Below the pieces are notes generated by a model. That model made no database searches. It saw only the letters and a program-made list of their open reading frames with translations, and was not told where the DNA came from. 64,000 nucleotides of DNA from Ministeria vibrans ATCC 50519 (Eukaryota; Protista; Filasterea): contig CALSCP010000524.1 of the NCBI GenBank assembly GCA_943704425.1, forward strand, positions 1 to 64,000, given 5' to 3'. A program made the translations under genes and the position numbers. Below are positions 51,901 through 64,000 of the stretch, in pieces. Position 1 is the first letter of the stretch. The number at the start of each line of letters is the position of its first letter.

Positions 51901-54900
51901 TGCTTCCCGTGCCCGCGCGTCTTGCCGGATCCTCCTCTACACGCACTCCAATTTCGCCACTCACTGCCGCCTCTAGTCTCACCGACAAGAATCCCTTTGT
52001 CATCGTCGACAGTCCCAGCACCAATGCTGCCAAGGTACCAACCTACCTGTCGTCGTCACCAGCCGTGGCGTCAGCCCCAGTGACAACTGCGTCTACCGCC
52101 ACTACCACCTCCGAGACTGCCAATCCCTTTTTGCTTGCCACACCTACTGCCAAGACTCCGCTTGTGTTTGCCTCAGGAAAGTCAACGACTACCATCACTC
52201 CCACTGGCACTTCCACTCCTGCTAAAACATTGGCCACGCGTTCCTCCTCCTCCTTGTCGGTCGTGTCTGCGTCCAATAAGAAGATCTCACCCATTGTCAA
52301 CAGCGATCCCTTTTGCGTCCTCATTCGCCTTCTGAGTGAGTCGAGCGTCGCCGTTCAGAGCACCCTTCTCGACAACATACTGGCGTATCTGGAGAACCGC
52401 GTGTCGCAAGAGGTTCTTGCCGGCTCACCCCTGTGTCAGCTCATCACGAGCATTTTTGGTCAGGTGCTGCTGGACAGTGCGGACCCTCGAAGTGCCAAAC
52501 TTATGGCGATCATTGAACGCGTTGCGTCGCTACATTTCTCGCCGGGTTGCTCACGTAGTCTCTTTCGTCTGCACCTCGGCGATACGCTCGTCGACTGTGA
52601 TGTTGTGCCCAGTCGCACGGCGGCTCTACAGTTGCGCACCATCGAAGCCATGGAGCGCATGGCGCTCTCACAGGAACACGTCGCCTCGGTGACCTTTGAC
52701 ATGTCGGGCGATGGCTACGCGTGTGTGCAGGTACCGTCGCTTGGCGATCGTTCGTGGCCTCCGAGCAGCGGCCTTACCTTTGTGGCGCATGTGCGCATCA
52801 TCAAAGCGTCCGCTGAAGACCATCCCATTCGTCTGCTCACCTTCATCGAAGACAGCAAGGTGGGCGCCAGTGTTTTCATTCACAACCGCGATCGTCATTT
52901 GCATGTGCGCACCGATCCGAGTCAGGCTGCTGTCGTCTTTTCAGGCTGCACCTTTGACACGGACCGCTGGTACCACATTGGCGTGGTTCTATCGCGACAC
53001 CGACTCAAAGGCAGCACTGCAACACTCTATGTGGACGGCTACTCTGTCGAGATGCACAAGGTTCCCTATCTGAGCAGCTCGAGCGCCGACACGGTGGGCG
53101 TTGTCATTGGCACGAATCAGCGTGATCGACGGGTCTCGTCGCTTTGTTGGCAAATGGGCGCCGCTTACATTCTCGACGAGTCCCTGCCGCCTGCTTCCAT
53201 TGCGGTCATGAATCACGTTGGTCATGGTTACGCCGCCAATTTTCAGTCGTCCCTTCGGGGCTTCCAAACCAACGAACTCTACTGCGCTACCAATCTCACT
53301 AGTGCTCTCAAGGCAGTTGCCACAGGCGATGTCGTTGCCGTTGCCACACACACGCGTAGCGGTAGTGGCGGCGGTGGTGCGGCCGCCGGCGGCAGTCGCA
53401 GCGGGGCTGGCGGTGGGGCTCGTGGCCCTGGTGGCAGTGGTGCAGGTGGCAACACGGGCTCGAGCGGCGCACACACTCCCGTGCTTTTTGGTGTTGAAGC
53501 ATCCGATGTGGTTGCTGCGAGCACCACACTCTCGCTGGCGCATTATTCGGCGCCACTCCTTTCCGAAGACCACATTGTGTTTGCGTTTGCGCCACACAAC
53601 GTGCGCCACCTGACCGTTTCGAAACTGTTGCAGCAGTACGGCACGTCGCTGAACAAGGCGACCGTCGACTACCTGACCTTCCTCGACATGGGGCATGTGG
53701 GCTCCGAGCCTGCAGTGCCCCTGATGCTCAACTCATCGTCTCTTGCATCCACCACCACGGCCTCACATTCACTAGTGGCCCTTGTCCATGGCGCTGCTCG
53801 CCCTTTTCTCCCATGCAGCATTGCCGACAGTATCGCCAGCATTGGTGGTGTCAGCGTTCTCTTGGCCCTCGTGCGCGATGCCGAGACGGCTTCCGCGCTG
53901 CGTGCCAGCATGGGCATTCTGGTCCACTGTCTGCGGCACCACCCACGTAACACCGTTGACATGGAGCGCACAAATGGGTTCATCACCCTCGCGTCGATGT
54001 TGCGCGAGAAACGCAAGCTCCTCACGCTCGACGTGCTTCAGCTCATTATGTTGCTCGTGGGCCACGTGCCCGGCGACCGCTCAGCCTCGGTCATTGCCAA
54101 TCCCATTGCCTTTTACCACCTGCTGCTCGATTACGACGTGTGGCGCGGCACCGACGTTGCCATGCAGCGTCATCTTTTTCATTTTGTGTACGATCTTGTG
54201 CGCCACTCGCGCCACGCCGTCTTCAACGTGGCCAAAATGGTCCGCATGCGCATCATCCAGCGTCTGTTGTTCATGCTACGCGATGAGAGCATGCCCGACA
54301 AGGTCACCCAGTCGCTTGTGTCCGTCATTGAGATGCTCCTTGAAATCGACTTGCGTCCCGAGTGGCTGCGCGCCGTCGGCAACTTTTTGCTTACCACACT
54401 CAATCCAGACGTGGGCAGTGGTGACAGCATGCTTGCGGCTGCTCCCGTTGCTTGGGGTTCGCGTGCCACCACCGCTGTGTTCATTCCGGCGCTCACAGCA
54501 CGCAAGATTGCCATTCGCGAACTCATGTTGGGCTCGCTCTTCAATCTGGTACAGCTGGCGCCGCCCGAGGCCAACGCTGCGGAGCGCATGTGTGCATCTC
54601 TCAGCCTTGACTGGGTACTTATGTTTGTCAACCAGTGTGTGTGCACCACGACTGTTGTCTTTGCAATGCGACTGTTGGCCGTTCTTCTGCCGCACGCCTC
54701 AAAGCAGATGCTCACCAAGTTTAATCGTGGCGCCTACACGCTGCTGGCGCACTCTCTTGTTGCCCATGCCGGCTGTCATCAACTGTATTACACTCTACTG
54801 GCCATGCTCTTTGGCGTACCCATTGCGGACGTGCCCTACGGTGCCTCCTTTGAGTACAACACGCTTACGGCCATCTTTGAAGGATCACCGCTGGCGTCGC

Positions 54901-57900
54901 CGGCCGCGCACGCCATTCACGTGGCCGCAAAGCGTGGCGAAGTATCCGATGCGCTCTCTAGCAAAGTGTATGCCCAGCCCACGGGTGGCATGAATGTCTC
55001 TCATCCCGAATTCCTCAGTGTTCTCATGGCCATGTCGGCGGCCGTGGTGCAAGCGAATGCAGACGCAAGCGACACGCGCCTTATTGTCGAAGCGGGTGTT
55101 CCTCTCATTGTCGAGACCACGGCCTCCACGACTCGCTCCAGTCGTTCCAGTTCGTTCCTCAGTGCTTCCGGAGGAACGATCACGACCGTGGCGACAACCA
55201 CGGGGGCCGCCGCGCGACCGCCACCCGCTTCGCCATTGGAGCAAAAGGGATATCACACACCTCCATCGACGCCGGATCGAAGCAGCATCAACAGCGCAGG
55301 CAGTGCGACCACGTTGTCATCGTTGCGTCCCGCCAGTGCCATCAGCGTGAGCGTCTCGAGCGACGACCGTGATCGCATGCCGGCCACGCTTGTGCGATTT
55401 CTTGCTTTTGTGCACGGTCGCTCTGCAGCCTGTGCCGAGCTTATGGGCCGCGTTGAGTCGGTGCAGACCATTGCCAGCGTGCTCTTCTCGCGCATTGGCA
55501 CCGTCGCATCGGCGTCGTCCAATGCGACTGGGAGCGACGCGCACACCACCGAAGCTGCCGTCGAGCTGTGCTTTCACGGCGGCCATGTTGCCGCGGAGGC
55601 TGTCATTGCGTTCCTTGTGCAGATCGTCCTCGACAATTTCCGTCTGCCCGCCCCCAAGTTTGTCCTGCTACTCGAGGCGGTGCTTGAGTCGGGACCTGGC
55701 TGTCGCGGCACCGATCTTGCTGCGTACCAGACGGCCGTGTTGCGTGCACTTCTTGATGTGGTGTGTCATCGTCAGGCGCTGTGGATTATACTCCGAAGCA
55801 ACACGAAGGCAGTTGCGTCGGTGCCGCTATGCCTTCAGGCCATGGTCGAGGCGGCCGTGTTGGGCACCTTTTTGGAGGGTTCCATTGGCGCCATTGGCTA
55901 TGCATCGCGTCTTGTCGACCGTGCACTCAGCGAGCGCGAGTTTGTCAAGCCTCTTGGGTCGATTTTTGATGCGCTCTGTCGCCAACTCAACCACTGTGCG
56001 TTGCTCGTGTGCGGCGACTCGGGCCCGGCGATTCGCGATGACGCACTCTCGACGCTGTTGGTGCACTCGCGTACACTCTTTAGCAAGGACAACGTCGTTG
56101 ATGGCAGTGATTTGTTGTCGTTTCTCTGCGTGCGTCTCAAAGAGGCACTCTGGTCCTTTTCCGTCGACGACATTGGCAAGGAGCGTGTTAAGCTCATTTG
56201 CAAAGTGTGGCAAGTGATGTTGCAGCGACAGGGACCGCGTGTGCGCGATTTGCTGCGCTACCGTGCTCAGAAGCAGGCAAATCTTCTGGATGTGTACACG
56301 CGTGGCTACGATTTGCTGGTGAGCGGTGATCTGAAGGGGTTTTTTGCGTTCCAACGAGCGCGCCGTCAAGAGATTGCTGTTGTCTTTGACGCGTCGCTTG
56401 TGCCGCGTGTGTCGACACGCGCTCAGGCTGATGCGCGTGGTGTCGGGGAACTCTCGGCGGCGACTCAGGCGCGTCTTGTGAGTCGTGAACAGCGTCGGGT
56501 GCGACGCGCGTACGCCGAAGCGGAGCAGGTGCGAGGGCAAGAGCAGCGCCACATTAGCTATTGCGTTGGCGTGGCACGCCAAGAGTATCTGTCGTACACA
56601 CGCACGGGCAACAGCATTGCCGATGTACGTCAGTATGTGCGCGGGGTGTGGGGCAAGCTGCAGCGATCGCTCACGCGAGAGCGCGCCCTCTTTGGACCCG
56701 ACCATGCTTCACCCATTGCCAAGTACGAACGTGACTCCACCGAAGGACCTAATCGTGTAATGCTCAAGTTTATTGGCAACGAACGCTTCTACGACGACTA
56801 CCCCGATTTTAATCTGGGCGACTTGGGACTCGACGCGCCCTCCATCTCTGTGGATATCTCCGTCGACACCATTGACATTCAAGATGCGCAACGGCAGCAG
56901 CTAGAGCAGGAGCAGGAGCAGCAGCAGCAGCAACAACAACAACAGCAACAGCAGCAGTTGGGTTTAAGTGCGGCGGAGATTGAACATCGACGATCGCGTC
57001 CTCGCTCGCGACACTCTCAGGCATTTCGCCGTCGCTCCTCCATGTTGGAGCAGATGCGTGTCTCGCAAGAAGAGTCATTGACAGATGCGCAGACGACAGG
57101 AGCAACATCGACATCGAATAGTGCAACGACGGGTACTGCGGCGACAGCGACAGCGGCTGCTGCTGCTGCAGTGCCTGGCGTGGCGACGCTCACTTCTCTC
57201 GACGAACTCGAAGAACTCATCGGTCAGGAGGGTGCGGAGGAAGATGCACATGAAGAAGGGGGTGACGGAGAAGAGGCGGACGAAGGGAAAGCCGATGATG
57301 GCAAAGTGGGTGACGAAGATGAAGAGGACGACGACGAAGAGGCGGAGTATGTGAATGCCGATTTGGCCGATGGAGGTGGGTTTGATGGACTTGCGAGCAA
57401 CGACGATTCGGAGTCCAAGGTGAGTCGATTGCTCGAGCCAGGGGATCGTATTAAGCGCAGCTACAACAGTGCACGTGTGGCCGGCCTGGACGTGTTCAAT
57501 GCGCTTTTGCTGTTCTGCACGCACGCCGTGTACCTCATTGACGACTACTGTGTGGCGCCCAATGGGGACATTGTCGAGGTGTCTACCCTGGGCGACTCGT
57601 TTGTGCCGGTGGTGCCGCCACAGGACGACCAGACGTCGCTGCCGTCGTCGTCGTTATCGTCGTCGTCGGCGGCGACCGCGAAGAAGCGTGGTGCGGGTGC
57701 GACGCCCCGTGTGATACGATGGCAACATGAGGACATTTGCGAGGTGCACAAGCGACGCTATCTGTTGCAGAAGCGCGCACTTGAGGTGTTCTCGGCGGAC
57801 GGACGCAACACACTGCTGTCGCTGCGCTACGAGGACTACAACGAGTGTCTTCAGCGCTTCGTACAGGTGATTGCGCTGCATCCGCACTTGGACAGTTCCC

Positions 57901-60164
57901 TTGTGAGTGGCATGCGTGCTGACGTGGACGTCGAGAGTGGCGGTGGTTTGTTGGGTCTGCAGTCGTTGATTACGGGCGAACGGTCGGTGACGCAACGCTG
58001 GCTCAAGGGCGAGATTTCCAACTTCCAGTACCTCATGTGCCTCAACACGCTTGCCGGGCGCACGTACAACGACCTGACACAGTACCCGGTCTTTCCGTGG
58101 ATTCTACGCGACTATGAGAGCGACACGATTGACCTGGAGGACCCCAATGTGTATCGAGACCTGTCGCGGCCCATTGGCGCACAGACACCGGCGCGCGCTG
58201 CGGAGTTTGAGTCGCGCTACGAGAATTGGGAAGACCCGACGGGAGAGACGCCGGCGTTTCACTACGGCACGCATTACAGCTCGGCGATGATTGTTGCCAC
58301 GTATCTGATCCGCATGGAGCCGTTTACGCGGCACTTTTTGGTGCTGCAAGGAGGGCACTTTGACCATCCAGACCGGATGTTCCACTCGGTGTCGGAGGCG
58401 TGGCAGAGTGCGTCGGAGACGAACATGGCTGACGTGAAGGAGCTCGTGCCCGAGTTTTTTTACCAGCCGCAGTTTTTGCGCAACGACAATCGGTTTGAGC
58501 TCGGCGTCAAGGCGAACGGCGAGCAACTGGACGATGTGCTGCTACCGCCATGGGCCAAGGGCAGCGCTGAGATGTTTATTCGCGTGCACCGTGCAGCGCT
58601 TGAGTCGGACTATGTGAGTGCGCATCTGCACGAGTGGATTGATCTCATCTTTGGGTTCAAGCAGAGCGGACCGGAGGCCGCCGAGGCACTCAACGTGTTT
58701 CATCATCTGAGCTATGAGGGATCCGTTGACATTGACACCATTGAGGATCCAGTGCAGCGTAAGGCGACCATTGGCATCATCAACAACTTTGGCCAGACGC
58801 CGCGCCAGCTGTTCCGGCGCCCCCATCCGCGACGCGACATGAAGAAGCGCGACGCGTCGACCTTTGCCCTGTTTAATGTGCCCGAGGCGCTGTTGCAGAG
58901 CCCTTACCCGGTGAGGCAGCTGGCGGATCCCGTGGGCGACCTGGGCGTTGACGAGAGTGGGCGTCTGGTAGCGGTGGGGGCGCGTCGAGCGTTGCACCCG
59001 CCGCAAATGCAGCGGTGTGTGAGCTGGGGTCATTTGGACCGGTCATTGCGCATTACGGGGGTGGATGCGGAGCATCGCGTGCACAGTGTTCACGAAGGGC
59101 TGCATGGCGCGGCGGCCATTCGGGCGGTGGTCTTTCCCACCGCCTTCCTGATGGTGTCGGGTGGCGAGGACGCGACAGTTGCCGTCTGGCGCATTGGGCG
59201 GCACGGCAAAACCAAGCAGACGCAGTTCACGGCGGTGCAAACGCTGTACGGACACACAGGCGCAATTACATGCCTGGCGGCGTCGCGTCCCTTTTCGATT
59301 GTGGTGAGTGGCAGCGAGGACGGGACCTGCATTGTGTGGGACCTGAACCGCCTCGAGTTCTTCCGGCAGCTGGCGGGCCATGCGGGTGTCGTGTCGTGTG
59401 TGCACGTGAACCAGTCGACGGGTGACATTTTGACGAGTGCCGGTGCACAGATTCGCGTGTGGAGCATCAATGGGGATTTAGTGGTGCAACACGACGTGGG
59501 AATTCTTGGGGCGGCGGCGATTACATCACTGTGTGCGTCGGAGGGCAATGCGTGGGACGAAGAGAATGTGCTTGTGACGGGCCATCAGGATGGCGCTGTG
59601 AAGCTGTGGAACGTGTGTATTGACGCAGCGGACAAGGACAAGGAGAAGGAGAAGGAAAAGGGCGAGGAGGGTGAGGGGGCGCAGGGCAGTACGTCGCGGC
59701 AGTGGCGGTGGTCGTTGCGGCAGCGGTGCCAGTTAACGTTGCAGGCGCCACCAGACGACATGACATGCACCAAGCCGGCAGCGGCGGCCGTGACAGCGCT
59801 GCTGATCACGCGCGACCAGAAGAAGCTTGTGCTGGGTGACCAGATGGGGCGTGTATGGACGTGGTCGCTGCCGGACACGTCAGGCAATGTTGCAGATCAC
59901 TGGATGCGCGACGACATGGTCAGCAACTGCCAGAACTGCGTTGTGCGCTTCTCGTTTAGCGAGCGCCGTCACCACTGTCGCAAGTGCGGGCGCATTTTTT
60001 GCAGCAAGTGCAGTCGCTATGAGGTAACCATGATGTCGTGCGGGTGAGTGTCTTTTTGTGTGTGACTTATGTTTTTTTAGGCGACTCTTCCGAGTTTTGG
60101 GATTCACAAGGCCGTACGAATGTGTCAAAGTTGTTATGTGCAGCGGCTCTCTGAGACGACCTGA
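48917..60164 (+). CDS. WDFY3: BEACH-domain protein WDFY3/Alfy/LvsA-like (ConA-like, PH, BEACH, WD40, FYVE)
   Basis: HKRRYLLQKRALEVF, TQRWLKGEISNFQYLMCLNTLAGRTYNDLTQYPVFPW, HYGTHYSS, DVKELVPEFFY, FGQTP, WD40s, and FYVE WMRD...RRHHCRKCGRIFCSKCS...VRMCQSC. Four exons. Confidence 0.96.
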
Positions 60165-60588
60165 AGATTGCATTGAGATTGGCCATGAATGACTAATGTA
60201 CATTGTATTTTAAAATTATTATTATTATTAATTTTTATTATAATATTTTTATCGTAACGCCAGATATTTAAGTGAGAAGGAAGATTGACTTATATTAATT
60301 TATCTTAAAAATGATTCTGAGATATGAACAGACCGACACTCGCTCAGCTGTTTGTGTTGTCGCTGTGTTTATGATTGAGATTTGTTTTTTCAACGTAGAA
60401 ATAAATGAAGTGAAAAGTTTTATGAGAATAAACTATTGTCAGAAAAGAAATAGAAGAAGAAGAAGAATACAACCCATTTATTAATGAAATAGATAATCGA
60501 GATTATTCCTGTACTCAAGGTCAAAACAAGACATTATTGTCGTAATAATTAATCATAATATAATTGAGTTCAGTATATTTGCGAAATA

Positions 60589-61304
60589 ATGTTGAAGGCT
60601 ACGATCCTTTGTGTTGTCGCTGTGGCGATGGTTGCGTATGCGCTTCCCACTGCGCTGGGACCGCTCCATGCAGAGTGTCGCATGAGTCTGTATGATCGTT
60701 TCTGTTTTTGTGGTTTGAAGAGACTCACTCTCTCCCGATTGCACTCTCTTTCTTTAGCACTTTTGGCATCCCCTGCTCGCAAGTGAGTGCTAAGCTTGTT
60801 TCGCAAATCAAGGCGTGGAACGGACCGGCCGGCTGTGCAAATGGCGGTGAAAAGTGTCTCTACTCGGTAAGCGAATTCGCCAACGCCTCTCCTGCTGCGC
60901 TGACTGGGTGGACCCTTGTCCCGTGTCGCACTCTAGCTCACATCGGTGTCGCCGAACAAGCTGGAGGCGACGCACGAGACGCCCACGCACCACTACGTCG
61001 ATGCGCTCACCCTGACGTTTACGTCGCCCACCTCCGTCGCCTGCAACGTCGACGCCTTCTCCTCGTCCAAAGTCGTCTACGCCGTGCTTGACGACGGCAC
61101 AAACTACTGCAACATCTTCAACCTCCTTGAGGCCTCTGGGTTGACTACCGTAAGGCACTTTGCATTCCTCTCTCTCTCGTTGTGTTGTGTGTGAGCGTAG
61201 TTCCATTGGGCATTGTTTGTTTCTTGTAGGTTCCGGGCTTCACGCTGACCACATCAGACAAGATTTGCACTCAGTACTCGACGGCCAATTGCACTATCTA
61301 TTGA
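60589..61304 (+). CDS. Small secreted Cys-rich protein of unknown function
   Basis: Signal peptide MLKATILCVVAVAMVAYA. Four exons give LHAECRMSLTFGIPC...GGEKCLY...HETPTHHYVD...LDDGTNYCNIFNL...CTQYSTANCTIY. Confidence 0.82.
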
Positions 61305-62056
61305 ATAAAGAACAATAAGTATTGATGTTTGATGCGACAAGTGACACTGCAAAGTGCGAGACGGGAATGGCTGTCAGTCCACACTCCACACTGCCACAGC
61401 GGTATGCAAGGTTATTGAACGTCCAACGAGCGTCTTTGTTGCTTCCCTTGCCGATGTGATCTCAAGAGAGAAACGACGGGACTTTGACAAAATGAGAGAT
61501 AGAACGCGCCTCATCCAAAATGAGTTAAATACGAGGAGTCGTAAATGACCAGTCACGAGAGAGTGGAGAGACAAAAAATTAATCAATATTATTTTGATTT
61601 TTATCAAAGAATCGCTGTCTAGGGTGCAGCAGGTGAGAACAACGCTCGTCAAGTGTGAAGTGGGTTGTTTGTGAGACTCAAATGGTCCAACGAAAAAAAA
61701 AAGAATTGTCCAACTTGATATCCTGCTTGGACGGGGGGTTGGAAAGGGCTGAAACTGTTGTGGAGACGGGAGGGGAGTGCGCCCGAGCGTAAAGGAGTTG
61801 TGGTGAGGTGGTTAGTGGTTATTTTTTTTTTTGGTTGTTGTGATTTCCAAGAAGCGGCAGGGAGATCCGCTGTGCGGGCCAGGCACACCCGTAGGGGTTG
61901 CGAGTGTGTTGAGAAGGGCTCTCGGCCAAGGCTTAGGGCCCGGGTCTTATTTGGGTGTGACAGTTTTGAAGTTGACGGTTTTTTTTTTGTGCGTTTGCTT
62001 TCGACCTTTGTAGGGCAAAAAGGGCAGGGCCTTGTGTGTGGAGCGAGACGGCAGCG

Positions 62057-62638
62057 ATGGAAACGCCATCTATGAAAGCGGTATCCGTGGAGAAACTGTT
62101 GCTAGAGCGTGTGTGGAGGGTGTCTTGGTGCTTTAAAGTGTATTGTTGTTTTGATTTCACCCATTTTTTTTTGTCGGACCCTCACAACTCATCCCTCCCG
62201 CGTCCTCCGGCCACCACGCAGGTTGAAACCACACCAAATGGGTCTGGGGACGACACAGACGGCGACGCGACGGCACCGATGGGCGTTGGCGGCGCAGGGC
62301 TGTCCACCGAGGACACCCTGCCTGTGCCGCCTGTGCCGTCGTCCCCGACGGAGGACGACAGCAGCAGTGCGTCTGCTGCGACCGACGCGCCACCCGCTGC
62401 GTCTGCGGCCACTGTCACACCAGCTCCCGAGCAACTTTCCAACCGTGTCTTTGTTGGTGGCATCAGTTGGAAGGTAAGAAGATAATTTTGCGCTCTGAGA
62501 CCCTCAAACGAACGCATCGAATGGTTTATGTTGTTTTCAACAGGCGGATGAAATTGGACTGCGTGACTTTTTTTCTGCGTTTGGCACTGTAACAGACTGC
62601 AAGATTATTATGGACCGAGAAACTTTTCAATCAAAAGG
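62057..62638 (+). CDS. RRM RNA-binding protein (Boule/DAZ- or Musashi-like RRM), truncated inside RNP1
   Basis: NRVFVGGISWK-ADEIGLRDFFSAFGTVTDCKIIMDRETFQSKG. The expected (Y/F)GFV continuation exon is absent. Confidence 0.8.
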
Positions 62639-62772
62639 GTAAGAGGAGAGAGGATGCAAAACAAGTGGCTGAGTTGTAACGTGTATTGTGTGTGTGTTTT
62701 TTTTTTTTTTTTTTTTTTTTGCCAAGATCTTTCTTGCTCAACTTCACAACGAAAATGACTTTGTTTGATTAA

Positions 62773-64000
<1,228 letters not shown>

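Overview
This is a compact, gene-dense window from a unicellular eukaryote. It has short GT-AG introns (mostly about 45-150 bp), the standard genetic code, microsatellite-rich introns and four N-gaps. The gene content looks Amorphea/holozoan-like, but I cannot identify the taxon. I reconstructed about 26 spliced genes or gene fragments by hand. Housekeeping genes include GTPBP8/EngB, UQCR11, LRMDA, NSRP1, ZNF706, LYAR, an FBXW7-like gene, DHCR24, a DHHC palmitoyltransferase, LPCAT, PRPF31, METTL18, MRPL54 and WDFY3/LvsA. Two accessory genes have immune-receptor-like architectures. One is a tandem Swt1-like HEPN (intact RxxxxH plus a degenerate copy)-NACHT-ankyrin NLR. The other is a WD40 / non-RD kinase / COR-like protein whose WD40 repeats each sit on their own symmetric phase-2 exon. 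Other notable genes are a secreted His-brace LPMO-like / CBM2 / GH18 chitinase fusion, an EGF protein with a vWA domain inserted inside an EGF module, two intronless paralogues with an unusual paired C2H2 module, an HA-repeat protein and a K-channel-like protein with a non-canonical filter. At three simple-sequence tracts, genes are cut off mid-domain and abut unrelated genes; these are most likely assembly misjoins. All domain calls come from motif recognition by eye and no database searches were run.
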